A DNA stretch of 64,000 nucleotides, taken from assembly GCF_009914755.1 (NCBI RefSeq), contig NC_060927.1; one strand, 5' to 3'. Positions 12,894 through 27,889 of the stretch are shown here, in pieces. The position numbers and the translations under genes are program-made. The notes beneath the pieces were generated by a model. The model made no database searches. It was not told the DNA's origin and was given only the letters and a program-made list of their open reading frames with translations. Every line of letters starts with the position of its first letter. The stretch's first letter is position 1. The DNA comes from the human T2T-CHM13v2.0 reference genome, Homo sapiens.

Positions 12894-14397
12894 CTGAAGG
12901 ACAAAAGGTGGATGGGTACACCAGTCTTTCTGCCCAGTCCTGCCCTGGTCATGCAGGGCACTGGCCCCTCTCCAGGAGTCACGGCCTGAATCAGAGGCAT
13001 TCCCCTTGCCATGTGTACCTGGGGCACACTCACAAAACCACTGGGGAGGGATTCCACAGAGGCTCCGAAGAGACGCAGCCTGGACTGGGGAAGCCCAGAT
13101 GCACACAGACAAATGTCCAAGTCTTTGCCCACTTTGGCCAATGCACCTGAAACCCCCTCCCTCCAGCTCATCATACTCTTCTCTGCTCCTTTCACTGATG
13201 ACCCCTGAGAGCTGCTCCTCCTGGATGCTTCCCCTTTTGGCCTCAGCTATTCTTCCTTCCCCAGAACAACTTTTAACCTTTCCCCCAACAACATCCCCTG
13301 GTTGGCTGGGCTAGTCTAAGATGATGGTTAAGATTGTTAAGTCCCCCCATTAGACCTGAGTCAATCAGAACAGAGCACTCAAATGACCAATAGATGGGTT
13401 TGTCTTTTGAGGGTTTGTAAAACCTGCCGTCTATTCTGGTAGATATAAACCATTCCAATTGTTATTTGAGCCACATTGGTAGTTAAAGTCAATCAGATCC
13501 CTTTTCTCCCTTTCTGCTCCACTATCTGAAATTTATCCAGAATTCAGATGGAGGCACAGCTGAATACAGTCTGTATTGGAAAGGAAGGACTCTACATTTT
13601 TCATACTCTGCCACTGTGGTGCCAACTCTACACAAAAACACTCCCAGTCATCATTTTTAGGAGCAGCTAGACCTTGATACAGAGCAAGAAACACTGGGAT
13701 ATGGTCGCCTTCATAGTAATGGTGAACGGGCATCCCCAAATGCGTCGGTAGCAGCATGAATAAATGAAGGATTTAAACACTGCTGAGAGTCTTCTATACC
13801 TGCACACTTGCTACTGAAATAGGAGACTGGATTCACAGACCTTACAGGTTAAAAGCTATTGCTCTCTTACGACAGATGAAGAGTAGAGGGTATCATCCTC
13901 TCTTACTTATCATCATAATGGTGGATAAAACAGCCAAAAGAGCTATGATATTTTCTCACTTGCTCCAGAGGCGGCATGGAAATAAAAAATAAATAAATCA
14001 CAAAAGAGCCCGCCAACATGAGGAGGAAAAGAAGTTTGAAAAGAAGCCAGTGAGGACTGACAGCCAGGAGACCTACAGTGAACAAAGGGATTAGCCTTTT
14101 GGAGAATCAGTTTCCTAGACACTCAATATTCATCCAGCATTCAATCACTGATCTCTTACTGCATGCCAGGCCCCACAGAAGGCACTGGGTCCACAGAAAA
14201 GCTAGTTCCAGACCTCAAAGAGCTTATAGTCAAATGGAAACAGCAACTTCAATACACCATGACAGGAGTGTTAATGAAGGAAAGTCCAATGCTAATGGAA
14301 GCCAGGGAGAGGAGGAGGAGGGAGAGGCTTCCCAGCGCAGACGAAACTTAAACTGAGCTGGAAAAAATGAGGAGGACACTTCAAGGAAGCTGAAAGA

Positions 14398-14726
14398 GGG
14401 TGGGATGGCTCACACCTAGAATCCCAACACTTTGGGAGGCTGAGGTGAGAGGACGGCATGAGGCCAGGAGTTCAAGACCAGCCTAGGCAACATAGGGAGA
14501 CCCCATCTCTACAAAAAATATTAAAAAATTAGCCAGCCATGGAGATGTGCACCTGTCATCCCAACTATTCAGGTGGCCAAGGCAGGAGGATCACTTGAGC
14601 CCAGGAGTTTGAGACTGCAGTGAGCTATGATCATGCCACTGTGCTCCAGCCTGGGCAACAGAGCAAGATCCTGTCTGTAAAAAAATAAATAAATAAAAAT
14701 AAAAACAAATAATTTTAAAAAAATTA
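14398..14726 (+). mobile_element. AluJ
   Basis: Full dimer; TSD aaggaagctgaaaga at 14383-14397 and 14727-14741. Confidence 0.95.
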
Positions 14727-15334
14727 AAGGAAGCTGAAAGAAGGAATAAGAAGGGAGAAGGCAGAAGAGGAAGTGGGCATTCTAGGCGCTAACAGAAGCT
14801 CAGAGGGGAAAGGAGCACAGTGAGGAGGCCAGACACATTTTAGGAACCTGGAGTGAGAAGCCTAGAAGGTCCCTTACTGCAATGAAATGCTAAGCCATAA
14901 CAAAACTACTTATGGGTAGGAGTTGGAATAGTGGTTCTCCTTGCTGTCAGGATTGGAAGGGGTCACAAAGAGGCTTTCAAGGTGCTGGTGATGTTCTGTT
15001 TCTTGACCTTATGAGCATTTATCGAGATGTATAGTATATATATAAACTATATATAAATATATATAAACTATATATATAACTATAGTTTTTGATGTGTATA
15101 TTTTGATAAAGAGTTAAAACCTATTAAATAAATAAGGCAATGCATTATAAGCCATGGATTGTGGAAAAGAGGGAGCCAGATGCTTGGGAAATAAAATACA
15201 ATAGAGAGAAAGTATAAACTAGTAGAGTTTTTTGCAGGAAACATGTGAATCTGTTATCCAAAAGGGCACAGCCATGTGCTCAACACCCTAGCAAGGAAGC
15301 AGAAAACCAACTTTTAATTTGACAAATTGTATTA

Positions 15335-17232
<1,898 letters not shown>

Positions 17233-18574
17233 TGACTCAGTGATTCTACCTCAGGGGAATCTATCCACAAGAAGTATTCTGAAATATATGCAACAGTATT
17301 TTTATTAATAGTGAGAAAAAGGGAAAGGCATGAATATCCTACTGTGCTGGAAAAGGTAAATAAACTCAGATATCTCCTCTACAGCCATCAGAAATTATTC
17401 ATAGAAAGGATAAAATTATATGTAAATATCTACAATATAAGATGAAAACAAAGAATTCAGCACTATAGTTATAGTGTGATTACAAACTACTTAAGAAACA
17501 AGCATAACTCTCCATTAAGAGAACAAAATACCCCATAATGTGGTTGTGGTTGGGACTGGGGTTAAAGTTATAGGCAATTTTTTGTTTTCCCATTATTTTC
17601 CAAGTTGTCTTTAATAGGCGGGCACAACTTCTGCAAAACTGGGCTCTGAATGTGGCTCTGTCATTTAACTTCTTCAGTCTCCAGTTCCTCCACGCCAGCT
17701 TCTTGAGGGTCTTGTGGGGACACAAAGTGGGGTGGCAGTAAGAAGAAAGAACAATGTGGAATTCGGGTGCCTTCTGATGAGCATGTGAATTTTCTTGCTG
17801 CCCCTACTTACCTGTGCAGTTTCAGCCAACTATTCAACACCTCAAAAGCTTTTTTCTTATCAGTAGAACAGGAATAATAATATAAAACATGTATTGTGCA
17901 CTTCCATTATTCCACTTAATCTTCACTGCAACCTTTGTGACATAGGTAATATATTGCAATCTCATAGGTAAGGAAACTGGTGTTCAGAGAGATGAAGTGA
18001 CCAGCCCATCAACTAGCAAGGGCCAGAGAAGCCAGATTCAGATGACCAAACTCTTGCCCACATTCGTATACAGAGAAGAACTGTGCATGTAATAAATGGG
18101 ATAATTCATAAACGTGCCTGGTTCATGATGGGCTCTCAACTTGTGGCTGCTGGATCCAAAATAAATGTTTGTTGAATGGAAGGTTGCATCTAAAATGGAA
18201 ATAGCTCCACAAGTGAAGGATGGCTCAGCATAAGAATAATAATTCTGTTTTCTGTGAAGTGGGCTCTTGTTATGTAAATGGTGTTAACAAACTTGGCCCA
18301 GAGGTTGGGCTGCTGCGAATGAGTCAGGACATGCTCGTTCATCACCCAGGCTTTCAGGCTTGGAGGCTTTACAAGTGGTGACTCCACAGAGTATTTACAT
18401 TAAAAATAATTTCCCTTATTGTTGGGTTGGCTGGCAGAGCTAGCTGTTTTGAAGGCTTGAGTTCTGTATTCCACGTTTGGGGAAGGAAGCAAAAGTGGGA
18501 AAGTGGATTGAAACACAAAACAACAAAACAAAACAAAAAAAAACAATGAACTACAAATGGAATATAGCATGAGG

Positions 18575-18745
18575 GCCAGAGTACATCAGCTTTGGAACAG
18601 ATTCTGAGGTCAAGTCTTTGCTCTATTCTAACTGTGGGCCCCTCAGTCAGTCACTTCACCTCCTCAGCCTCAGTTCTTCATCTGTAAAATGGAAATAAGC
18701 CTGCTTTGCAGAGCTGCTGCTAGGTTTAGACAGGATGTATTAAAA
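18575..18745 (+). mobile_element. MIR fragment
   Basis: Core tcacttcacctcctcagcctcagttcttcatctgtaaaatgga. Confidence 0.75.
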
Positions 18746-18939
18746 AGTATTATAGTTAACACACAAAAGGGACTATAAAGGGAACTTGTAATTATTATTC
18801 CAGGACCAGTAATAATTTTTACATTTCTTCTCTTCTCCTTTTACTAATTGATATGTGAAGCTATATAACTGTTACAGGGAATATAAATTATTGCATGCTA
18901 AACAATTTAAAAGCCTTGTATTAATTCAAAACTACAATA

Positions 18940-20100
18940 AGATCCTACCACATGCCTTTACAGTATCTAAAATTTAAGACTGACCACATCAAATGTTGAT
19001 AAAGATATGTAGAGACCGGAACCCTCACACCCTGCTGGTAGGAATGTAAAATGATAAATGTTCTTTGTGTCAGGCCTCTGAGCCCAAGCTAAGCCATCGT
19101 ATCCCCTGTGACCTGCACGTATACATCCAGATGGCCCGCAGCAAGTGAAGAATCACAAAAGAAGTGAAAATGGCCTGTTCCTGCCTGAACTGATGACATT
19201 CCACCACAAAAGTGAAAATGGCCGGTCCCTGCCTTAACTGATGACATTACCTTGTGAAATTCCTTCTCCTCGCTCATCCTGGCTCAAAAGCTCCCCCACT
19301 GAGCACCTTGTGACCCCCACCCCTGCCAGCCAGAGAACAACCCCCTTTGACTGTAATTTTCCACTACCTACCCAAATCTTATAAAACAGTACCCCCCCAA
19401 CCCCCCCGCCGCCAGCTCCCTTCGCTGACTCTCTTTTCAGACTCAGCCTGCCTGCACCCAGGTGATTAAAAAGCTTTATTGTTCGCGCAAAGCCTGTTTG
19501 GTGGTCTCTTCACAGGGACGTGCGTGAAACTTTGGAAAACAGTTTGGCAGTTTCTTAAAAAGTTAAAAACCTACCATATGACCCAACCATCCCACTCCTG
19601 GGTACTGACCCAAGGGAAATGAAAGCATACATCCATACAAAGACATGAACATGAACATTTACAGCAGCTCTCTCATAACAGGCAAAAACTAATGTCCATT
19701 AACAGATGAATGGATACATAAACTGTTGCATATCTATGCGATGGAATACTACTCAGCAACAAAAGGAATGAATGGATACACTAACGGCGTGAATGAATCT
19801 CAAAATAACTGCTAAGGGAAATAAGGCAGGCAAAAAAAGAGTGTATACTAGGCATATGAAATTTGAGTAAATGCAGTCTAGTGTGTAGTGACAGAAAGCA
19901 AATTCATTGCCTGGGGTAAGGGAGGCAGGAGGGAGAAGAGGAAGAAATGATGATAAAGGGGCACAAATACACTTTTAGGGGTGAAGGATATGTTTGTTAC
20001 CTTGATCGCAGAGTTGCTTTCGTGAGTGTACATAAATGTCAAAATTTGTTAAACTGTACACTTTCAATATGTGTAGCTCATTGTACATCAATTATACTTC
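18940..20100 (+). mobile_element. Old L1M 3' region interrupted by LTR7
   Basis: L1 consensus gctggtaggaatgtaaaatg...ctttggaaaacagtttggcagtttctt is continuous once the LTR is removed. Confidence 0.85.
19068..19529 (+). mobile_element. Solo LTR7-family (HERV-H LTR; LTR7B-like U3), 462 bp
   Basis: Starts TGTCAGGCCTCTGAGCCCAAGCTAAGCCATC, ends GTGGTCTCTTCACAGGGACGTGCGTGAAA; 5-bp TSD ctttg at 19063-19067 and 19530-19534. Confidence 0.95.
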
Positions 20101-20102
20101 GA

Positions 20103-20196
20103 TGCTCAGGCTGGTCTTGAACTCCTAGGCTCAAGCCATCGCAGTGCTGGCCTCCCAAAGTGCTGGGATTACAGGCATGCGCCACCACACTGGGCC
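20103..20196 (-). mobile_element. Alu left-arm fragment
   Basis: ggctggtcttgaactcct...cctcccaaagtgctgggattacaggc. Confidence 0.85.
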
Positions 20197-20239
20197 CAAA
20201 TACTTTTTTATTTAATAGCAGTATTCACACAGAATTTAG

Positions 20240-20450
20240 GTGCATGGGCTCAGGTATCTGGCTAATCTGATTTCGGTCCCATGTCTCCCTTATCTTGTTT
20301 TTGTGATCTTAGACAACTTACTTAATCTTTCCCTATCTCAGCTTCCTTGTTTATAAGAGGGAGGTAATAATAGTATTGATAAAATAGGGTTGTTGAGAGA
20401 ATTAAAGAAGATGATACACATTGAGCACCCCATTCAGTATCTGGTATGGG
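20240..20450 (+). mobile_element. MIR fragment
   Basis: tgtgatcttagacaacttacttaatct..tctcagcttcctt..agggttgttgagagaattaaa. Confidence 0.7.
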
Positions 20451-22115
20451 ATCAATAGTAATTAATAGTTATCATCATAGTATTTCCACGGAGTTGAAAA
20501 ACTGTCACTTATATCTATAATTCAGAAAAACATCATCTTATCCTTATATTAATAGAATTATGGGTGATGCTTATTTCCTTTCTGCTTATCTACATTTTCT
20601 AATTTTTTATGTTGAATATATTCTCTTTTTATAAATAGTTTTTAAAAGAAGGAGAAGACCTATTTATTTAGCTGAACTTTTCTCTATGTCTTTAAGTAAA
20701 GCCAAAATGTAAACAAAACCAATTTCGCTAAACATGACAGAGGTCAGCCTCAGATGAAAGCGTTAGGAGCGCGTGGGGCGGAAACGCACTGGACGCAGAT
20801 GCATGAAGCCAGGCATCCGGTCAGGGCTGCGAGTCCTGTCACTTTTCTTTGTTCACTGTCAAATTCACCACGAGGTCTATTTCCAACTCCTGCTTCCACA
20901 CTCATGCGAGGGAACGACCTCACTTGTTTCGTCACCCACAGAGATAGGTAAAAGGACTTCTCCCTTCACCTATTCCCAGGATCTCACAGTTCTGGTCCTA
21001 GGCCCTAGGATGCCTTTCAGCCAGTGCTCTCCTCTCCGTCTGAAACAAACTGGCATGTCCTCCCAGCCTCGCTCTGATCTCACCATCCCAAGGGAAGAAG
21101 TGCTCCTCCCTCCTTGAGGAAACACAGCCCTGCAAACCCCACCCTCTTTGGAGAATTTATTCCATTGTCACTGTCTCCTCTGGTCCCTTCCATGTGCCTA
21201 CAAATATGTTCATGGCCCACTAATAACAAGCCTTCTCTTCACCCTGCGACACCACCAAACTCTCATCACTCGCCTCTCTCTTTTAAGACCAGCAGACCTA
21301 TTTCCTCCTCTCAGTTCCTTAAAATCTGACCTCACTCTCAGTCATCCATGAAAAGGGGAAGCAGGAATGAGATGGAAGACCAGCCCTTCCCAGTCACTGA
21401 GAAAATTAACAAAAATGGACTCCTCCCAGGAGTGAAGACAGACTCGCTGGCTTGTTCACTTCCAACATCTGGCCCCAGAGAACAGGGACTGGCAGAGAGA
21501 GAAACAAATGGTTAGGGAGTAAAGGACCTGGTTTCACTAGTTTGAGGACGCAAGCTTCCAGCCTGTGGAGCAATTTGGCTTCTTAAGGCTGAAAGGAGTC
21601 ACACTCTGGCTACAGGTCTGACAAAAAAGGAAGCTCATACAGAGAACCAAGAACAGCTTCCATCCTTCTCTGCCCCACCCTCCACAGTTTTTCCCTGGTC
21701 TCTGTCCCACCTGACTTTCACCCATATGGTAAGGTGGCTCCATGGGAAGCCAACAGGAGCCAGGAAGAAGTCAGCTCAAAGTCAGCTGCACTTGGCAAAT
21801 AAAATGAACATGTATAGCAGAGTTCATGGTCACTGTGGCCAAATACAGGGGCAGCTTAGAGGGTGCACTGCTGAGAACCAGAGAAGACAGGCTCCAAGGG
21901 GCTACAACAGGACAAAAGCACCAATGGATGACTGTGTAGAAAAACAGAGAAAACATGTAGCACCTGAATTCTGGAAGGAACCTCAGAGGTTCTTGTACAG
22001 CCTCCCATCCAGTGCAGGGATCTTTCCTCCAGCATCTGCCACCTGGGTATGGGGCCCACACACATACTCACTGCCACACTGCTAAGCAGCTCTCCTTGAT
22101 AGAAAATTCTTCCTT

Positions 22116-22439
<324 letters not shown>

Positions 22440-23734
22440 TTACATTGGACTCCAACCTGCTTTCCTGTGGCTACCCTAGTACATCCCCTAGAATAGCCAA
22501 AAGGGTCTATTCCCTCTTTTATAATGATATCTGAGGTCAGTTACCATGCTACTTCCTATGGTGTCTCTCCTCTGAGGATGTGGTTCCCATGCCCGGCACC
22601 ACCCACTTATCCCCTCTGCTCTCTCGCTGTCAATGTCTGTCTTAAACACAGCTCCCAGAGGCAGGCCAGGCATGGTTCCCTGGATGTGGTCTGACCTGCA
22701 CAGAGGAACTAGGCTGGAAAAGTGGCCTGTGGGCTCTGAATTGGACCTGGAGCATGAGGCCTGTGTTTGGCAGCTGAATCTTCCTACTGGCTCATGTTAA
22801 GCCTGGGGATCCCCAGGTCCATTTCATAGTAACTTATTTACGCAAATGGACAATGGCAGAGCATGACAAGTGAGACAGGCAGATTCAAGGACGCCCCGTG
22901 GGAAGGTGCAGGGGAAGGCCCAGACCACCAATTCTTGGGAATCTGAGGAAAGCCAACGTCCCACTCAGCTGTCGGAAAACACAAGTGGGGCCTGCCTGAA
23001 CATGGGCTGGCTCACTGAGCTTGGCTTGCTAGTTCAAACACAAGGGAGTTCTGGAATAAAGATGCCATCCCAGAGACTGTAGCTTTAAATTTCTAGGTTC
23101 TCTGATCCCAAGGTCAATCTGCCTAATTAAAATTAACAATTGTTCAAATGAAGAGGCCCTCAAGACTGTTATCAACGCAGCCCAGGGGCCCCAGTTATCA
23201 CAGAAGAGTCACCAGGCACATGTACTCTCTCTGCTGGAAAAGATCCACCACGTGAAAAGCAGCATTGTGCCTCAGTGCTATCTGAGCAAGCCCAAGGGAG
23301 AAGAGCCGATGGGTCTGAGACACCCTCCAAATTAGGAATGAGAAGGCAGATATCAGAGTTTCCATTTTACAGACAGGGAAGCCAGAGGCAAAGATAAGCA
23401 TTTCACATATCCATCAGCATGCTAACCTTGGGACAGTACCAGTGGCCTCCCTGGAAAATCCTGAGGGCTGATAGAGTCACATGATAACTGTTTCTGATAG
23501 AGAGGAAACTCTTAGCTCCAGAAAAGAGTGGCACATGCAACTTTCTTCCCCTGGGACTGTTTCAGTACCATTCTACAGTTGGCAAACTGGGTCATGTGGG
23601 TAATTGTGATGGTTCCATAGACTGGGACTGTGCTCTCTTTGGAAGCACACTCTTCCCACTTCTGTGTTCCTGTGTGACTTCAAAAGATGGCAGATACTCT
23701 AATGTCAAGGTTAAGCCATACCAGCAGGTAGATA

Positions 23735-23905
23735 AGGTTTCCAATTCTGGTGCTGCCTTTTGTGGCTGTAAAACTTTGGGGAAGTTACTTCACCTTTCTA
23801 GGCTTGTTTCCTCATCAAAGGAGATAGTAAAGCCACCTTCAAAGGAGTATGTGAAAGAAACCCTGTTAAATGCCTGGTACAGAGCCTGGCTCTCAAAAGC
23901 ACTCA
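23735..23905 (+). mobile_element. MIR fragment
   Basis: ggctgtaaaactttggggaagttacttcacctttctaggcttgtttcctcatc. Confidence 0.65.
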
Positions 23906-25489
23906 GCCAGTGGTGATCAACAGCATCATTAGCACCAGCACCTCACCAGGAAGCAAGAGACCAGGATGACCCCTTGAGAGAGAAGAATACTCTAACTGAA
24001 CCACGGGTCTGAAGGAGCCAGTCCTTCCACAGAGTCTGTTCTCTGGCTGTGCCTTAGATCCTACACATACATCAGTCCTACAACTAGAGTGATGCTCATG
24101 GAGACAGGCATCACGGCTACTTCAACTCTGCATTCCCCACAGCACCTAACAGGACGTCTTGTACACAGTAAGTACTCAAGACGTTTTCAAATGTAATAAC
24201 AAAACACTGTCCATTAACCTTTCAGGCAAGCACTGAGGAAGAGGGGACAGGTTTCAAGGCAGGAATGAGGAAGGAAAGGGGACTGACCTGGGCAGCCAGT
24301 GGGCAGCTCCCACAGTAGATCTGAGCTTGGGGACAGAGGAGTCTCCACAGCACATAAGGGAAAACAAGGTTAGAGGGTCTCTGTGATTGGTTTCCCGAAT
24401 CATGTTGACATTCAGGCATATTTCCATCCCTTTAAAACAATATACACATTCTTTTTAGTTTGTTTTTCCTACTTCCATCCACTGTTTGCAATGAAATATC
24501 TTTTTTAAAAAAATCTGTTCTGTGGCTAAACTTAATGAGGCCAAAAGTGTAGCATTTCTTTCCTTGGGAAAAAGAAATCTTGGCCTATGACTCAGGATAC
24601 AGACATTCCTCTTGAGCTCAAATCCCAGCAATGTGCAGGATGACATTTCTAATCTGTACTCTGTGACACAGTCCAATCTGAATTATAGAACATTTTGGAA
24701 TGAAGAAGGTTGAACCATATGAATTTTCCATTTTTGCAGGAAAAACATCAATAGGCAAATAACAAATATCATCAATAAATATCAATAATTTTATATGGTT
24801 CAATCTAATGTTTCCAAACAGGTTGTTTTATTTCCCTTCTAATGGATCTGCAGGCTCAAATCAAATCCCAGAGGATAGAGACTTCTCATCTATCTTTAAT
24901 TTTCTCCACCATACCTGCCACTGAGCATTTATTGGACAGCCAATAAATGCTTTCTGAATGGAAAAGTATTACCAAGTAATAGTACTTCTGGTTCTGCTTT
25001 AATGAATTTGCATGAAGCACTGTAAATTCCATGGAGGCAGCCTGGTGGATGGGAGGGTGGAAGTCCCATCCAGGACGGGACAAGCTTGGGGCCAGAAGAA
25101 CCTGGTATTCCTGAACTTCAGAAGCATAAAGGCACCTGTGAGAATGAAGCCTTTGTTCCCAGATGTTTAACAAGCATCTGTTATGTGCCCAGCAGTGTCT
25201 GGTGCTGGGAATATAGTCATAAGAAAAAAGACATAGTCCCTGCCTTCAGGGAGTTTACTATCTCAAAGGGAGGCAGGCATTCCAGGAATGCTTCAAATAA
25301 ATAAAAATAAGATGATAACTAGGACAGAAGTGATTAAGGGCTTGCCTGGAGCCAGGGCATCCTGACCTACTCAGGGAAGTCCACCAGGGAGGGCTTCTCT
25401 GACAAACAGACAGTGAAGCTGAAATCTGAAACACAAACAGGCACAGGTTAGACATTAAAAGGAAAACAGATTCCGGGGGAGGAAGCAGG

Positions 25490-25815
25490 AATGGACAAGT
25501 GGAGCACAGGGACTTCCGGGGCAGGGAAGCTACTCTGTGTGATATTTAATGGTGGCTACCTGTTGTCGTACATTTGTTAAAACCCACAGAACTGTACAAA
25601 CCAAGAGTGAACCCTAATGTGAACTATGGACTCTGGTTGATAATGATGTGTCAACCCTGACTGGGTCACTGATTGTAACAAATATACCACACTGATGTGG
25701 AATGCTGATGGTGGGGGAGGTTGTGTGCGCAGTGGTCAGAGGGAAGTTGTGGGAATTCTTTATTTTCTATTCATTTTTGCTATGAACCTAAAACTGCTAT
25801 AAAAAATAAAATCTA
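25490..25815 (+). mobile_element. L1MC/MD-type 3' end
   Basis: aaaacccacagaactgtaca..agagtgaaccctaatgtgaactatggact..aacctaaaactgct..aaaaataaaatcta. Confidence 0.85.
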
Positions 25816-25817
25816 CT

Positions 25818-26115
25818 GAAAGAAAGAAAGAAAGAAGGAAACAAAGAAAGAAAGAAGGAAGGAAGGAAGGAAAGAGAGAGAGAAAGAAGGGAAGGATGGG
25901 AAGGGAGGGAGGGAGAGGAGGGAAGGAAGGAGGGAGGCGAGGAAGGGGAGGGAGGGGAGGGAGCGGGGGGAGGGAGGGAGGGAGGGAGGGAGGAAGGAAG
26001 GAAAGAAGGAAGGAAAGAGAGAGAGAGAAGGGAAGGATGGGGAGGGAGGGAGGGAGGGAAGGACGGACAGGAGGAAGGGGAGGGAGGGGAGGGAGGAAAG
26101 AAGGAAGGAAGGAAG
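25818..26115. repeat. About 300-bp polypurine (GAAA/GGAA/GGGA) low-complexity tract
   Basis: Almost only A/G on the + strand; source of the spurious Pro-rich and Gly/Arg-rich ORFs. Confidence 0.97.
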
Positions 26116-26494
26116 CAAGCAAGCAAACCAGGAATACAGGGAAGGAGTATCAAAGAAAACCAGGAATACAGGAATGGAGTATCCAAACAGAGGAAACAAC
26201 ACATGCAAAGGCCTTGCCTGAGTCAGAGTAACGCACTCCAGGTCACTGTGGCTGGAATGCAGAGGCCACAGGTAGAGGCCACAGGCAGAGAGCCTTGCAA
26301 CAGGAGCCCAAGAGCAAATTCCTGTCTCCTTTCATCTTTGCTCAGTGGACATTCCAAGCAAGAAGGAGCCTCTGACTTAAAATAAAAAATTGACATTCTC
26401 ACCTGGTATGAAAACAGAGCCCCAGCCATCAAAGGGGCCTCCTACCCTTTCCCCAGGATGATTATTCCCTGCCTTGGTCAGTGAAGGGAGCCAC

Positions 26495-26620
26495 CAGCAC
26501 GTGTAGACACCTCCTAAGCACAGGTGCAAGGCAGGCACGTGACTTGTTTACACTAGAGGGCAAAAAGAAACGCAAACTCTCCCACGTGCCCTGTTCACGA
26601 TACTGAGTTATGACTCAGCC
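26495..26620. promoter_or_regulatory. Candidate intronic enhancer/CTCF element
   Basis: CACGTG x3 (26498, 26536, 26583), TGTTTAC (26545), CACTAGAGGGC (26551), TGACTCAGC (26611); motif evidence only. Confidence 0.5.
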
Positions 26621-27652
26621 AGTTCCCACCGCTCAACCCAGAACAGCAGCTGTCGGTGGGGCTGCGGAGCCCACAACACAGCTCACAGCAGAAGGCAGAG
26701 CAAGGAAACCACGGAGTCCTGCACTTGGGATGTCGCCTCAGAGACCAAAACAGTAGAAGGATTCAGAAGTGCACATGAAACCACTGCCGTCTGCCACATA
26801 GAAAGCCAAGGGGAAGCTGCGCCACACCTGTCTGACAACAACCCTACAGGGCAGAGGGTCTGCACACCTGCATGCGCAATGCCCAGAGAAATCCAATACT
26901 TTAATGGTGCTTCCCCAAAGACACGGCAGCACAGGAAGAGCAGGCAGCCTGGCGCTGGATCAAGCCCCGGAAACCTGTGGTGCGATCTGCTAGCAGAAGC
27001 AGCTCACACATGCTGAGACAGACAACGCAGACAGCTGGGAAGCAGAACATGTGGCGGGTCCCTCTCTTCAGGTGGTGCAGAGGTTTGAGGAGTGGGGGGA
27101 TGCCTTCCTTGAGGAAAGAAAGGCAATTTCCTGTATTTCTCAACTCATGCTTGGAAAAGTGACACAAGTCTGAGGTCTAAAAGAAATCAGGCAATAAGTC
27201 AAAAGAAAGCGAGTCAATTCTGCAGGAACTGGGAGCTGGGAGGGAGCAAGAGGAAACCCTGACAAAGTTGTGCCTGACTCTGGGACTGGGGAATTTTCCA
27301 CATTTTACAGGTGTCTGCAGCAGCCTCTACTGGGTCTGAGGCTTAAGCCTGAGCCAGAAGAGACAAAAAAGCAAAATCAAAGGCCTTGAGCAAAGGAGAC
27401 AGGGCTGTGACCAAGTCCTCTGCGAGAAGTGGCACTGGCTGGCACAGATGGAAGGCAACCTGGAGCACCTCCCTCCAGTCCCATGCCTCCCTGCATCTCC
27501 CAGATGTGCTCTCTGAGGCCTGGAGAAGTCAACTGGCTTCCATGGAGGCAGCCGATAACAGAAGAGGCAGAGCTTGAGTAAGGAAAACATGACTCTAAAT
27601 TCAGTGCCTTCCTAGGTTTGGAATGTATTATTAAAAAAAAAAAAATTCAACA

Positions 27653-27889
27653 GGCTGTGTGCAGTGGCTCACACCTATAATCCCAGCATTTTGGGAGGCT
27701 GAGGTGGGCAGATCACTTGAGCCCAGAAGTTCAAGACCAGCCTGGCCAACATGGACAAACCATGTCTTTACTAAAAATACAAAAAAATTAGCTGGGCAAG
27801 GTTGCAGTGAGCCATGATAACACCACAGCACTCCAGCCTGGGCGATAGAATGAGATCTCCTTTCAAAAAAAAAAGAAAAAGAAAAAAAA
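27653..27889 (+). mobile_element. Alu with an internal right-arm deletion
   Basis: aattagctgggc joins directly to aaggttgcagtgagcc. Confidence 0.9.

Noticed and set aside
15035-15085. AT-rich quasi-palindromic (TATATAAAC)n patch
   Set aside because: Degenerate (TA)n microsatellite within an old L1 fragment
25760-26231. Pro/Ser/Leu-rich and Gly/Arg/Glu-rich ORFs
   Set aside because: Translations of the polypurine low-complexity tract, which lacks stop codons
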